Below, piece by piece: positions 37,294 through 47,029 of a stretch of DNA of 64,000 bases. The notes beneath the pieces are model-generated. The model was given only the letters and a program-made list of their open reading frames with translations. It searched no databases and was not told the DNA's origin. A program made the position numbers and the translations under genes. Numbering within the stretch: the stretch's first letter is position 1; every line of letters begins with the position of its first letter. Origin of the DNA: Minisyncoccia bacterium (GTDB lineage Bacteria; Patescibacteriota; Minisyncoccia; Phycocordibacterales; UBA918); contig JBKJIT010000004.1 in assembly GCA_046598345.1 (NCBI GenBank), forward strand, positions 329,226 to 393,225, in the 5' to 3' direction.

Positions 37294-38331
37294 CTACACA
37301 TTTGCGTGCAAAATGGACACTTTCATCCCCGAAGACGAACTCTCATTCCGTATGATCGCATGGAGCTGATTGGCGAGTGCTCCAATTATACTCGTTCCTA
37401 AACCAGGAGTTGCTCCTCCCACATTTTCAGTCCCCCCAATCCCATTATCGGCGACACTTAGCATCCACCCCGTCGCATCAATTCTATACGTGACTGTGAT
37501 AATGCCTGGTCTATCATTAGGGAAAGCGTGTTTGATGGCATTAATTACGAGTTCAGTAGTAATGAGTCCAAAACTAATGGCGGTATCAGAGGACACAGAC
37601 CCTGCTCCTGCAGACACTTCAATAGAAATTGGCTTTCTGTCGCCAATCATAGAGCGCGCAAGACTCTTGCAGAGTGCTTGAAGATATATTGCAATTGCAA
37701 CATCTTCTCCCTTGTATATCGGATCGAGTTGCTGCTGGATATGCGCAATTGAGATGATTCGGTCATGCGCGTCTTCCAAATGCACTCTGCTCTCTGGAGA
37801 ATCAACCGTTGCGGCCTTGAGCGTAAGAACGCTGGCGATGAGCTGTAAGCTATTGGCGATCCTGTGCTTCATTTCCAAAAGCAGCAGATCTTTTTGCTTA
37901 AGTAGGTGTTCACGTTCCACTTCATGTGCACGCTTTTCAGTGATATCAAATATTGAAAGGAGCATTTTTTTCCTTCCATTGTCATACCGAATTTCCCGGG
38001 CATTGATAAGCATGACACGAAAACCAAGTAACGGAAAAAAATGCTCTACTTCATAATCAATTACGTTCGTGTGTTCTGGTATTACTTTTTCAAGGAGAGT
38101 TCGTAACGCAGCTATATTCCACTGTCCTTCACCTAAATCGTAGAAGAGTTTATTCTCAGTTGTGTCATGGGACACATTAAATTTCTCATAGAAAGAACGG
38201 CTTGCGACAATAATTCGCAGATTCTCATCCAGAACAATCAATGGCTCATGAATGGTGTCTATAATCGCGCGAGTGAGAATATGACCATCTTTTGGGTCAC
38301 CAAGTGGATCTGATCCAACTCGGTCTATTTC
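37294..38331 (-). CDS. Soluble PAS + HisKA_2-type sensor histidine kinase
   Basis: EMKHRIANSLQ, ELVINAIKHAF, VADNGIG and GLGT motifs. Confidence 0.9.
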   Translation of the reverse strand, partial: EIDRVGSDPLGDPKDGHILTRAIIDTIHEPLIVLDENLRIIVASRSFYEKFNVSHDTTENKLFYDLGEGQWNIAALRTLLEKVIPEHTNVIDYEVEHFFPLLGFRVMLINAREIRYDNGRKKMLLSIFDITEKRAHEVEREHLLKQKDLLLLEMKHRIANSLQLIASVLTLKAATVDSPESRVHLEDAHDRIISIAHIQQQLDPIYKGEDVAIAIYLQALCKSLARSMIGDRKPISIEVSAGAGSVSSDTAISFGLITTELVINAIKHAFPNDRPGIITVTYRIDATGWMLSVADNGIGGTENVGGATPGLGTSIIGALANQLHAIIRNESSSSGMKVSILHANV

Positions 38332-38468
38332 CATATCTATATAGTACACCTATTTAGCATGAAGGATAGGTGAAGAGCATAATTGAGGCGTATGGTGGGA
38401 GATGTATTCACCTCATGTTCATAAGCGACCACGTATCATGACTACTTTAAGAATTAAATTTACATTGT

Positions 38469-38936
38469 ATGAAAAACAACCCTATTACAATAATTAAAAA
38501 CGATCACAAGGTTGTGGAGGGACTTTTTAAGGAATACGAAGGGCTTGGAAACAGTGCTGAAGTTTCAAAACGAAAGGTAGCTGATCAAATCATTGAGGAA
38601 CTAAGCGTTCATGCTGAAATGGAAGAAGCTATTTGTTACCCTCGTTTTCAAGAAGCATTTACTAATGAGCAAGATGAGATGATCGAGGAAGCGTATGTCG
38701 AACACTCGGGGGTGAAGTCGATCTTAAGTGACCTCACAACACTTCAACCAGACCAACCTGAATTCGATGCGAATGTAAAAGTGCTGATGGAGCAGGTACG
38801 ACACCACGTGAAAGAAGAAGAGGGAGAAATGCTCCCTGCGGTTGAAAAAGAAATACCGCAAGAGATCCTTGCAACGATGGGCGATGAGATGGTCACATTT
38901 AAAGAAAAAATGGTAGGGGTGCAAGTGAGTGAATAA
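38469..38936 (+). CDS. Hemerythrin domain protein
   Basis: NDH, HAEMEE, EH and HHVKEEE motifs. Confidence 0.88.
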   Translation: MKNNPITIIKNDHKVVEGLFKEYEGLGNSAEVSKRKVADQIIEELSVHAEMEEAICYPRFQEAFTNEQDEMIEEAYVEHSGVKSILSDLTTLQPDQPEFDANVKVLMEQVRHHVKEEEGEMLPAVEKEIPQEILATMGDEMVTFKEKMVGVQVSE

Positions 38937-39013
38937 ATCAGTATGAGATTTAGTGTATCCACCCTAAGTCTTTCGAACTCGGGTGAGGATTTTCGTGATA
39001 CCATTCAAAGATC

Positions 39014-39364
39014 ATGATAAAACCTCGGATATATACAATGAGCTTCGCACGTGTCTACCCACTCTATGTCGCTAAAGCGGAGAAAAAAGGGCGCACGAAA
39101 GCAGAAGTCGATGAAATCATACGGTGGCTCACTGGATATACCGAAAAGAAGTTAGGGGTACACATCAAAAAGCTGACTGATTTTGAAACCTTCTTTGCGA
39201 AAGCTCCTAAAATGAATCCCTCGCGGTCTATGATCACGGGTGTGGTTTGTGGTATCCGTGTGGAAGACATCAAAGAACCAACGATGCGAGAAATTCGATA
39301 CTTGGATAAATTAATTGACGAGCTAGCCAAAGGTAAAACAATGGAAAAGATATTGAGAAAGTGA
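39014..39364 (+). CDS. DUF2200 family protein
   Basis: [26 protein letters not shown] and [14 protein letters not shown] motifs. Confidence 0.9.
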   Translation: MIKPRIYTMSFARVYPLYVAKAEKKGRTKAEVDEIIRWLTGYTEKKLGVHIKKLTDFETFFAKAPKMNPSRSMITGVVCGIRVEDIKEPTMREIRYLDKLIDELAKGKTMEKILRK

Positions 39365-39569
39365 CTGTAGTCGAAGGACCACAATACAACTTTCCTTACC
39401 GAGACTCCCTTTCAAAGATTTAGTTCGACAATCTACGACTCAAATGCGAAGCATTTGAGTCGTAATGAAGAATGTATACATGTAAAATCTGCTTACATCA
39501 TATAGTTAGTAAAAATGTAGTTAATAAATATTTTTTACTTCCAGAACAAATTGCAAAATATGATTCGAG

Positions 39570-40064
39570 CTATTCAGGGATGTAGTCTTCAAGTGAGCCC
39601 GGGGGTAGATCTTTACTATTTTCAGAAAGGAGTGCGAGAGTCTTTAGATACCCAGCAAGATCTCGGGGACTTACCCCCTTGAGGAGAGGGGTTAGATTCC
39701 TGCGCACTTCATCTTCGATACGTGTAATATTAGCCTTTCCCTTTTTCGAAAGACTCAAAATCTTCTCACGTTTATCCTCTCCTTGCTCAACAATAATCCA
39801 ACCACTTGATTCTGCTTTCACAATGAGTCGACTAACTAGCGGGGGCTGCACACCAAGGGTTTCAGCAACTTCAGTTGAACGGACACCATTTTTATGGTGC
39901 GAGATAATACCAATAATTGCCCATTCTGCTGTAGTGAGCCCTTCTGGCTTTAAGACCGCTGCCGTCATTTGCTTGAGTGTCCGATATCCACGCGCCTGAA
40001 TAAGGCCTATATCATAGGTTGTGCGATTCTTTGCAATAAGGAGAATATCTCTAAGGAGGCTCAT
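39570..40064 (-). CDS. MarR family transcriptional regulator
   Basis: GLTTAEWAII, VAETLGVQPPLVSRLI and EDKREKILSLS motifs. Confidence 0.85.
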   Translation of the reverse strand: MSLLRDILLIAKNRTTYDIGLIQARGYRTLKQMTAAVLKPEGLTTAEWAIIGIISHHKNGVRSTEVAETLGVQPPLVSRLIVKAESSGWIIVEQGEDKREKILSLSKKGKANITRIEDEVRRNLTPLLKGVSPRDLAGYLKTLALLSENSKDLPPGSLEDYIPE

Positions 40065-40107
40065 ACAGACAGTGTATACGAAAGATTTAAAAATGTAAGT
40101 TGTATTA

Positions 40108-40962
40108 TTACAAGGCCCCGATACTGCGTTCAACAAACCACAGGAGAGCTACAAGTGAGATGCTAACCGCAAATATTTTAATTGCAGTTGTGTACCAAAC
40201 TCTGTTTCTGAAATACAGTATGACAGGGAGTGCGAGTCCTATGATAACAAGTTGACCAATTTCTATCCCAATATTAAATGCAAGGAGTGAAGATACGAAT
40301 GCATGTTCTGGAATAGCAATTTCCTCCAAAAGACCTGCAAACCCCAGTCCGTGAAAAAGTCCAAAGAAAAATACGATACTTACTTTACTCCAGTCGCTTT
40401 TAAAAATTCGGGACTTACCAAAAAATACGGTACTAATTGCCATGACAGCTATTGAGAGGGCGATGAGTGGCTCGACAATTGTTGGAGAGAGTACAGCAAC
40501 ACCCGTTCCAGCAAGAATGAGAGTGACTGAATGAGCAATAGTAAATGCGGTTGCAAGTGTAAGTATTTCCCATGCAGAAACAAATACGAGAAGCAATGTC
40601 AGTACAAAAAGAATGTGATCGGCCCCTACGAGGATATGATGTACCCCAAGTTTCGCGAAATCATACGCGTTATCGAAGAATCCACTTTCTGGATTCTTAA
40701 TAATGCTCAGTATTTCTTCCGTTGAACTATTCGCAAATTTTTCAGCGATTTTCGGATCTTGGGTTAGTGCGAAGGTACGCATATCCTCTTGCGTTGCGTC
40801 AGGATTCTGTTTTATATATTCCACAACTTCTTTTGGCAATAATTCATGCGCTAATGAAATTGTACTTTGCCCAAAAATAAAGAGAAGGAAAAAAACTTGA
40901 AACGCATACCGTACAGTACGGCTGCTCAATAAGGAGAAAGCTGATTTTTCTACCATAATCAT
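40108..40962 (-). CDS. HupE/UreJ_2 family membrane protein
   Basis: GVHHILVGADHILF, TAFTIAHSVTL, FGLFHGLGFA and FNIGIEIGQ motifs. Confidence 0.9.
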   Translation of the reverse strand: MIMVEKSAFSLLSSRTVRYAFQVFFLLFIFGQSTISLAHELLPKEVVEYIKQNPDATQEDMRTFALTQDPKIAEKFANSSTEEILSIIKNPESGFFDNAYDFAKLGVHHILVGADHILFVLTLLLVFVSAWEILTLATAFTIAHSVTLILAGTGVAVLSPTIVEPLIALSIAVMAISTVFFGKSRIFKSDWSKVSIVFFFGLFHGLGFAGLLEEIAIPEHAFVSSLLAFNIGIEIGQLVIIGLALPVILYFRNRVWYTTAIKIFAVSISLVALLWFVERSIGAL

Positions 40963-42155
40963 AAAGTATCTTTCGGAAACAATTCTTGTGCTTCACTCGT
41001 TTTGCTTACCCCCTCGTTAATCATTTCCGCATGAAGAAACAGGGTCTTATCATATCCTCCTAAACGTAGTGCTTCAGCGCTCAATGCTTTGGCTTTTTCA
41101 ATTTGATTATTTTTGAAAAGTGCCCATGCATACGCGTCTGCCGTGAATATTGTTTTACGATCGTTATAGACCTTCTCCGCAAGTCGGAGCGCTTCTCCGG
41201 AATCACCATGGTCTGCAAGGAAAAGTGAGTATTCTAGATCCACATTGGTTTCTTTTGCGTTCCTATACGCGAGGTCAGCAAGTGCGTACTGCTGTGTTGC
41301 GTTTGTGATATCTCCTTCCGCTTCATAAAATGTACCAAGCGTAATAGCGTACGCAGCTATTGGAAGCGAGACAAATGCTCGTTGATAGTAATCAAGTGCT
41401 TCGTCCTTTTTTCCTTCTGCATATGCCACACGCCCAAGCCCTTCAAATGCCGGTGCATATTCAGGGAAGAAAGTAAATGCGCGTTCGAAATCCTGCGCTG
41501 CACCTCTCAGGTCACTTAGTAAACGCAATTTACCTGACTCTACATGCGCCCACGCTATATTTTCTGAATGCACACTGCCGGCTGAAATTGCCGCCTCAAG
41601 GGCCTCGAGTGCACCTTCAGTGTCTCCATAGAGTTCACGATGATACGCAATGCGTGAAAATGAACTAAAGTCAGGTTTCAAGTCAACCATTGTTTGGAGA
41701 GAGCGGAGCGACTCATCGTACATTCCAAGCTCAATTTCACTATCACTTTTGATTCCAAAATACGCGGCATGCTTTGAATTTAATTGGATTGCTTTATGTA
41801 TGTACTCAAGACCTTTTTTGAAATCGTGACGACCGTTTGCAACCTCAGCACGTTTTGCAAAAATCTCAGCAGTATCTCCATGAGTACCTTCAAGGGTCTC
41901 AAGCACGTCTTCTATCTTCGTATAGAGAGCCGTATCTGCAGTCTCTCGTATTTCTTGAAGATATGCATTAGTAAGTAAAATACCAGTATCGATGTTTTCT
42001 CGTTCATCTCTAAACTTGCTCTCTAAAATTCCTATTGATGATTCAGCGGCAACTTTCTTTTCAACACTATTTACTTGAAACCATACAAAAAGCACGCTGA
42101 CTACTATCGCAATAACTCCGGCAAAGATAAAAATATGTGTATTCCGTTTTTGCAT
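40959..42155 (-). CDS. Membrane-anchored TPR protein (start uncertain)
   Basis: N-terminal TM, helical repeats, RELYGD and DAYAWAL motifs. Confidence 0.8.
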   Translation of the reverse strand: MQKRNTHIFIFAGVIAIVVSVLFVWFQVNSVEKKVAAESSIGILESKFRDERENIDTGILLTNAYLQEIRETADTALYTKIEDVLETLEGTHGDTAEIFAKRAEVANGRHDFKKGLEYIHKAIQLNSKHAAYFGIKSDSEIELGMYDESLRSLQTMVDLKPDFSSFSRIAYHRELYGDTEGALEALEAAISAGSVHSENIAWAHVESGKLRLLSDLRGAAQDFERAFTFFPEYAPAFEGLGRVAYAEGKKDEALDYYQRAFVSLPIAAYAITLGTFYEAEGDITNATQQYALADLAYRNAKETNVDLEYSLFLADHGDSGEALRLAEKVYNDRKTIFTADAYAWALFKNNQIEKAKALSAEALRLGGYDKTLFLHAEMINEGVSKTSEAQELFPKDTL

Positions 42156-42230
42156 AAAAAAGTGTGAAGAATCCATATAACACTCGATAAATGGGCGCAT
42201 ATGCGCCCATTTATGTGAGTGCCGTTACTT

Positions 42231-43691
42231 TTAATGAGGCATTGAGTCGAATCCGTTCCACGGCAGTGCGAGATACGGGAATGATGTTCGGAAGCTGGCG
42301 TCATTTGTATCGACACCATCTCCGAGTTGTGAAGCGAGGGGATCAGGTGTAAATCCGGCATGGAAGAGCGGATATGCCGCACCTGCTACAGCACGGATAG
42401 AGATATCGGTTACATCATCTGCAAGACGACGTCCATTTGGATACCCCTGATTGTCACCAGCAAGTACACCAAGTGCATTAGGTGACGAAGTAGGTGGAAC
42501 AGCGAGGTTTACACGAAGCTGCTCAGAAGGTGTCACTGTTGCAGTTTTCGTAAGGCCTGTCACTCCAGTGAGGAAGATTGCAATGAGATCGTCGCGCTGT
42601 GAAGCACTCCCAAATGCACCTTGTGGGGGAACAGCAATCCCATAGAGAGCATTCAACAGAACACCAAGCTCTGGGTTTGCTACATACTCAGCAAATTGTG
42701 CGTCATCTACTGGTTTCGACGCATTCCACACATCTTTATCACCGAGTGGAATAACAACTTCGTTTACAAGTGGCGCACCAAGGCGCGATACCTGTACCCA
42801 TTTGCCATCTTTCTGTTTTTGCTCCTTGCCGCTATTACCTCGAAGCACAGACATTGCTTGACGTGATGAAGTTGTCCATACACCAACCACCGCATCCTCA
42901 CTTGATACTGATGCGGGCATGCTACCTGAGCTTGTAAGATCACTAATTGGGACTTGTATAGCGATTGACTGGACATTGTAGCCTTTAAGACCATCTACTC
43001 CACCTCCAGCATTTCCAGGAAGCGTACGAATAGTGAGAAGATCAAAGAGGCCACCAATATCTGCGAAGAATGGGTCATCACTTTGTCCAGCAAACACCTG
43101 TCCACCACCAGCAAGTGTTTTTACTGCCTCTTCCTGTAGCTCATCATAATCTGGTGTCGACTTTGGTCCTACATTTGATGGCGGTACTGGTACATTTGCC
43201 GCAAGTACAGTATTAATTGGCTTGCCATGTTCAGGATATTCAACACGAGTAACCGTATAGGTTTGTCTTAAGTTGAAGTCTGAATCGGTCAGTGAAGTAA
43301 TTGGACCGGTATTGTAGAGGAACGTATTGGGATTCTGTAATGTGGTCTTGAATCTAAATTGATACGAAATATTCTCTTTCGCGTCCCCATCATTATCAAT
43401 TTTAATTTCGTAGAGCACATTGTCATCAAATGAGTAGAAATTCGGACCGCCCGCTGGTTCCTCAAACGGCAGATAGTTTGCAATAAGTGTCGCAGTCGTT
43501 GGGGCGTCTGGACTCACAAATGCGTACAGATCTGTCGCGTCTGCTTTTGGATCTCCACTAATGATCGGGGCTTCTCTATGGCTTGATGCATTTGAGAGAC
43601 TCGCGAGCCCCAATGATCCAAGCACTATACTAAGGACAACTATAACCGTAATGCTTTTAATATTTGTTTTTTGTATTGATTGTGCATTCAT
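42231..43691 (-). CDS. Secreted DUF4331 family protein
   Basis: ASSHREAP, DATDLYAF, DDPFF, QVSRLGAPLVNE, YPNGRR and FPYL motifs. Confidence 0.9.
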   Translation of the reverse strand: MNAQSIQKTNIKSITVIVVLSIVLGSLGLASLSNASSHREAPIISGDPKADATDLYAFVSPDAPTTATLIANYLPFEEPAGGPNFYSFDDNVLYEIKIDNDGDAKENISYQFRFKTTLQNPNTFLYNTGPITSLTDSDFNLRQTYTVTRVEYPEHGKPINTVLAANVPVPPSNVGPKSTPDYDELQEEAVKTLAGGGQVFAGQSDDPFFADIGGLFDLLTIRTLPGNAGGGVDGLKGYNVQSIAIQVPISDLTSSGSMPASVSSEDAVVGVWTTSSRQAMSVLRGNSGKEQKQKDGKWVQVSRLGAPLVNEVVIPLGDKDVWNASKPVDDAQFAEYVANPELGVLLNALYGIAVPPQGAFGSASQRDDLIAIFLTGVTGLTKTATVTPSEQLRVNLAVPPTSSPNALGVLAGDNQGYPNGRRLADDVTDISIRAVAGAAYPLFHAGFTPDPLASQLGDGVDTNDASFRTSFPYLALPWNGFDSMPH

Positions 43692-43702
43692 AATCACGAA
43701 TA

Positions 43703-43757
43703 TTAGTTAATTATTTTAATAAACTTAGTTAAGTATATTACTTATCTTAGTTAAGTA
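43703..43757. promoter_or_regulatory. Three TTAGTTAA boxes with 22-bp periodicity (candidate operator)
   Basis: Copies start at 43703, 43725 and 43747. Confidence 0.55.
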
Positions 43758-44046
43758 AATAGGACATGTGTGTTCTAGTACACTAAGGTACACACGTACC
43801 AAAGATTTTTAAATACTAGAGTAAGAATTAACACTAATTCCTGAACACAGTTAAGTATCACCAATTTAAAATGAGGGCAACGTGAAGCTTATATTTCTTT
43901 TTATTAATGGGAAAAAATCTGATGAAATAACTGCTACAAATTTTTAATTTAAATTTGATACCCTTCCGATGAAGGTGATGACCGTCATGAGCAAGGTCAA
44001 TTTCCGGGTTTTTTACAAATAAATTATTCTCTGAATCTTAGGAACA

Positions 44047-44301
44047 TTAGCTCAAGAAAAGATAGAAACCGGTAAGTAGTAGTATCTGAATGGAAATCGC
44101 TAATAGAAACTTCTTGAGACCAATAGTTGCAAGGCTCGATACATATACAACTAAAGAAGCGGCATAGACGACCACTGCAGTTACCATGACTATGAGCAAA
44201 TTTGGACCTTCAGGATCGTTGAAAAACCAAAACAATGCCCTTGAACATAGGATAGCAACTATGCCCAAAATGAATAACAAAGATTTTTCTGATTGGAACA
44301 T
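44047..44301 (-). CDS. Small membrane protein
   Basis: Three TM helices; FFNDPEGPNLL. Confidence 0.7.
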   Translation of the reverse strand: MFQSEKSLLFILGIVAILCSRALFWFFNDPEGPNLLIVMVTAVVVYAASLVVYVSSLATIGLKKFLLAISIQILLLTGFYLFLS

Positions 44302-44490
44302 ATTTCTAATTATATTAGAAAATGTGCATGCTTGCTGTCCGGGACATCGTACACGCTTTGCAACAAAAACGCCCCAACTCTCTGATGGTTGGGGTCGTTA
44401 GCTATCATTCTAGTGCACTTAGGAAAGAATACTACTGTGCACAAGAGTTTCCATGTTCGAAAGCCTTTCCACGTCATCTTCTTTTCGCGC

Positions 44491-44742
44491 CTACTTCCCG
44501 CGTACCAACTTCACAATTGCAAGTAGTACCACCGCACCCACAACCGCAACCATAAAGCTGTACAGGTTGAAACCACTGACTCCTCCTTCTCCAAAAAAGT
44601 TCATGATATATCCCCCCAAAACTGCCCCGATAACGCCTACTACGATATTGAGAATGATACCCTGTTGGCCGTCAGTGCCCATAATAAGTGAGCCGATCCA
44701 GCCCGCAATTCCTCCGAATAAGACCCATGCTAGAATTCCCAT
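44491..44742 (-). CDS. GlsB/YeaQ/YmgE (transglycosylase-associated) membrane protein
   Basis: GGIAGWIGS, NIVVGVIGAVLGG and AVVGAVVLL motifs. Confidence 0.9.
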   Translation of the reverse strand: MGILAWVLFGGIAGWIGSLIMGTDGQQGIILNIVVGVIGAVLGGYIMNFFGEGGVSGFNLYSFMVAVVGAVVLLAIVKLVRGK

Positions 44743-44779
44743 AATTTTATTTTAATATATTAATTATAACTTCCGTTCC

Positions 44780-45118
44780 TTATTCTGTCAGTTTCGTATC
44801 AGCCTCAGACGCAGAGACTGACTTACTCATGATAAACAGTTTAATGATGGCCACAGCGAAGAGCCAGTAAACCAACATCGCAAGAAGCGTGGTCCACTCA
44901 AACACACTGCTCTCAACTCTCATATTCTTAAAGACGGCCACGAACGGGAGTGTGAACACGCCCGAGAGAGTGTATATGAAATTGGTAAAAAATGCTTCTG
45001 GATTCGCTTGAAGTAGTTTCAGAACAAACCGAATCGCAAGTAGTGCTTCGATTACTGATAGTACATACCACACGATTTGGGTTCCTCGATAGAGGGGACG
45101 ACTTGATTCACTTATCAT
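44780..45118 (-). CDS. YggT family membrane protein
   Basis: LLAIRFVLKLLQANP, FIYTLS..FTLPF and LLAMLVY motifs. Confidence 0.8.
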   Translation of the reverse strand: MISESSRPLYRGTQIVWYVLSVIEALLAIRFVLKLLQANPEAFFTNFIYTLSGVFTLPFVAVFKNMRVESSVFEWTTLLAMLVYWLFAVAIIKLFIMSKSVSASEADTKLTE

Positions 45119-45273
45119 AGTTTTTTGTTAGAGCAGTTACGTTCGACTGCTAATGTGCAATCCTAAGTACGTAATATAGACGTTTCTTCTGCTTATGCTG
45201 CTTATGTATAATTTTACACTAATCGATGGCAAATAGCTTCTGTTTGGACTGCGTGGAGAGACGCTGTTACAAC

Positions 45274-45690
45274 TTAACGTTGACCAGCCTCGAGAATAGG
45301 AAGACCAGCTTCTGTTGGAACATAAATTACATTATCGTTGTCAGCGAGTTTATCAATCCAAAGATACCGTAAGTATGATTCGTTCCCCTGCAAGCTATTT
45401 GCGATGATACTGTTTGCTTCTGCAATACCTCGTGCTCTGATTATTTCCGCCTCAGATTCCGCAGTCGCTTGTTTAATTCGAGCCTCCGCATTCATTGTCG
45501 CCGCATCATTTTGTGCACGTGCCTGCTCAATAAGAATTTTCTTTTCCCACTCTTGTTGTCTTAGATTTGCTTGCCCTGCTAAATCCTGACGATAGATACG
45601 ATACTTAGGCATTCCCCACATCCATACAGTTATCACTAGTATAAGTACCAGTACAATTGCAATAATCTTATTAGTTGAGCCAGCTTTCAT
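45274..45690 (-). CDS. Membrane-anchored SPFH/band-7-related coiled-coil protein
   Basis: AEIIRARGIAEANSII, YLRYLWI and IYVPTEAGLPILEAG motifs. Confidence 0.7.
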   Translation of the reverse strand: MKAGSTNKIIAIVLVLILVITVWMWGMPKYRIYRQDLAGQANLRQQEWEKKILIEQARAQNDAATMNAEARIKQATAESEAEIIRARGIAEANSIIANSLQGNESYLRYLWIDKLADNDNVIYVPTEAGLPILEAGQR

Positions 45691-45743
45691 AAAATTTGAA
45701 GTAAATATTAAATTTAGTTAACTAAATCATTAATACTAAAAAC

Positions 45744-45799
45744 TGTCGAGCTGGATGCTGATAGCTCCTCAGGGTTACCCTGTGGCAACAGATCCAGCC
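45744..45799. repeat. Family C element downstream of tspO
   Basis: tgtcgagctgg...cagggttaccctg-tggcaacagatc; imperfect hairpin. Confidence 0.7.
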
Positions 45800-45910
45800 C
45801 CTTACCATTTCATGGAAAGACAAGTCTCACGTTTTTTCACCCTCAAAACAGCCGTCAAGTGTCACTACATTCCACATAATAAGTTTTCTCATGTCCTTAG
45901 TTTACTGATA

Positions 45911-46306
45911 TTACCAATTTAAATACGTAATAGTAAACTGCAAGATAGTTGCGAACGACACCCAGAGTAGATACGGAATATTTGCATACATTACCCAAGG
46001 TACGTAGGGATGAATGGCATACAACGCCCAGAAAAGAGTGCCGAGTACAAGTACAATATCAAACGCCGCAAGAAAGTTATTCTGAAGGCCAAATTGCAAG
46101 GGGGTAAAAGCAAAGTTGAAAACAAGATTAAGAATAAACGGAAGTAGAACAATGAAAGGCACAGTCCCTTTAAAATATAAATAAATTACGTAACCAAAAG
46201 ACACTGCTATGACTGCATAGAGAACACTCCATACGGGACCGAACAACCATGAAGGTGGTGCCCATTCGGGCTTGATTAGTTCTTGATACCATGAGTTCGC
46301 TTGCAT
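45911..46306 (-). CDS. tspO: TspO/MBR tryptophan-rich sensory protein
   Basis: WYQELIKPEWAPPSWLFGPVW and PYLLWVSFA motifs. Confidence 0.92.
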   Translation of the reverse strand: MQANSWYQELIKPEWAPPSWLFGPVWSVLYAVIAVSFGYVIYLYFKGTVPFIVLLPFILNLVFNFAFTPLQFGLQNNFLAAFDIVLVLGTLFWALYAIHPYVPWVMYANIPYLLWVSFATILQFTITYLNW

Positions 46307-46396
46307 AGCCAAAGTATAACAAAGTTCCACTGACGAAGCTGAATACTGCTTTCAGCAGGATTCTATTCCAGAATAGTCCTCGGACTCGGATGGCTT

Positions 46397-46553
46397 CTCT
46401 ATACATAGGTCTCTATACATAGGTCAGCCCTATCTATACATAGGTCAGCCCTATGACAACAGATCTTTAGTGCTTTGTCGAGCTGGTGAGTTGTCTGTTC
46501 AGGACGGTGTTAGAACTTTACTATGCCATAGGTCAGCCCTATGGCAACAGATC
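46397..46553. repeat. Cluster of partial and full family C repeats upstream of tspO
   Basis: ctatacataggtc x3, cataggtcagccctat x3, caacagatc x2 and tgtcgagctgg. Confidence 0.85.
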
Positions 46554-46622
46554 GAAATGAGAGTTGCTGAAGAATTTGAGGAGCAGACTAATCTTGAAAG
46601 TGAAGCAACTCACGTTGAGCAC

Positions 46623-47021
46623 CTAGCTAAAATTAATTATGAAGTTATACATACCCATACTGCATGTTCCTTGCAGTGGAGTACCTGCTGCAGGCGTACC
46701 TACATCAATAATCTCTTCTCCCGTCTGAGCTAATGTTTTTTGATACCCCACTGACCGTATCACCAATGATGACGAGCAGTCATATGTACCGTCAGTTTTG
46801 ATGATTAACTTTGTAGGAATGCCAGCTTTTGCGGTAGACACTTCTGGTGAGTAACCACCCTTTGCTTCAATCGTCACATACTGGATGCCGTCTCTTATTT
46901 CTACATTTGGCGACTCTTGATTCGATATGGAATCTGTACCACTTTTTGTACCACCAACAAAAATGATACCTATACCAATGACCAGCCCTAGCGTGATAAT
47001 GATTGAAGCGGTTTTATTCAT
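46623..47021 (-). CDS. Cupredoxin-like domain protein
   Basis: GGYSP, YDCSSS and GTCSMGMY motifs. Confidence 0.82.
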   Translation of the reverse strand: MNKTASIIITLGLVIGIGIIFVGGTKSGTDSISNQESPNVEIRDGIQYVTIEAKGGYSPEVSTAKAGIPTKLIIKTDGTYDCSSSLVIRSVGYQKTLAQTGEEIIDVGTPAAGTPLQGTCSMGMYNFIINFS

Positions 47022-47029
47022 ACAGTTAA

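Noticed and set aside
39432-39463. Hairpin tacgactcaaatgc-gaa-gcatttgagtcgta as a novel element
   Set aside because: Single copy between convergent genes; adequately explained as a terminator
46397-46553. Mini-CRISPR or integron attC array
   Set aside because: Repeats are abutting or irregular with no consistent spacers; no clear attC RYYYAAC/GTTRRRY ends and no integrase
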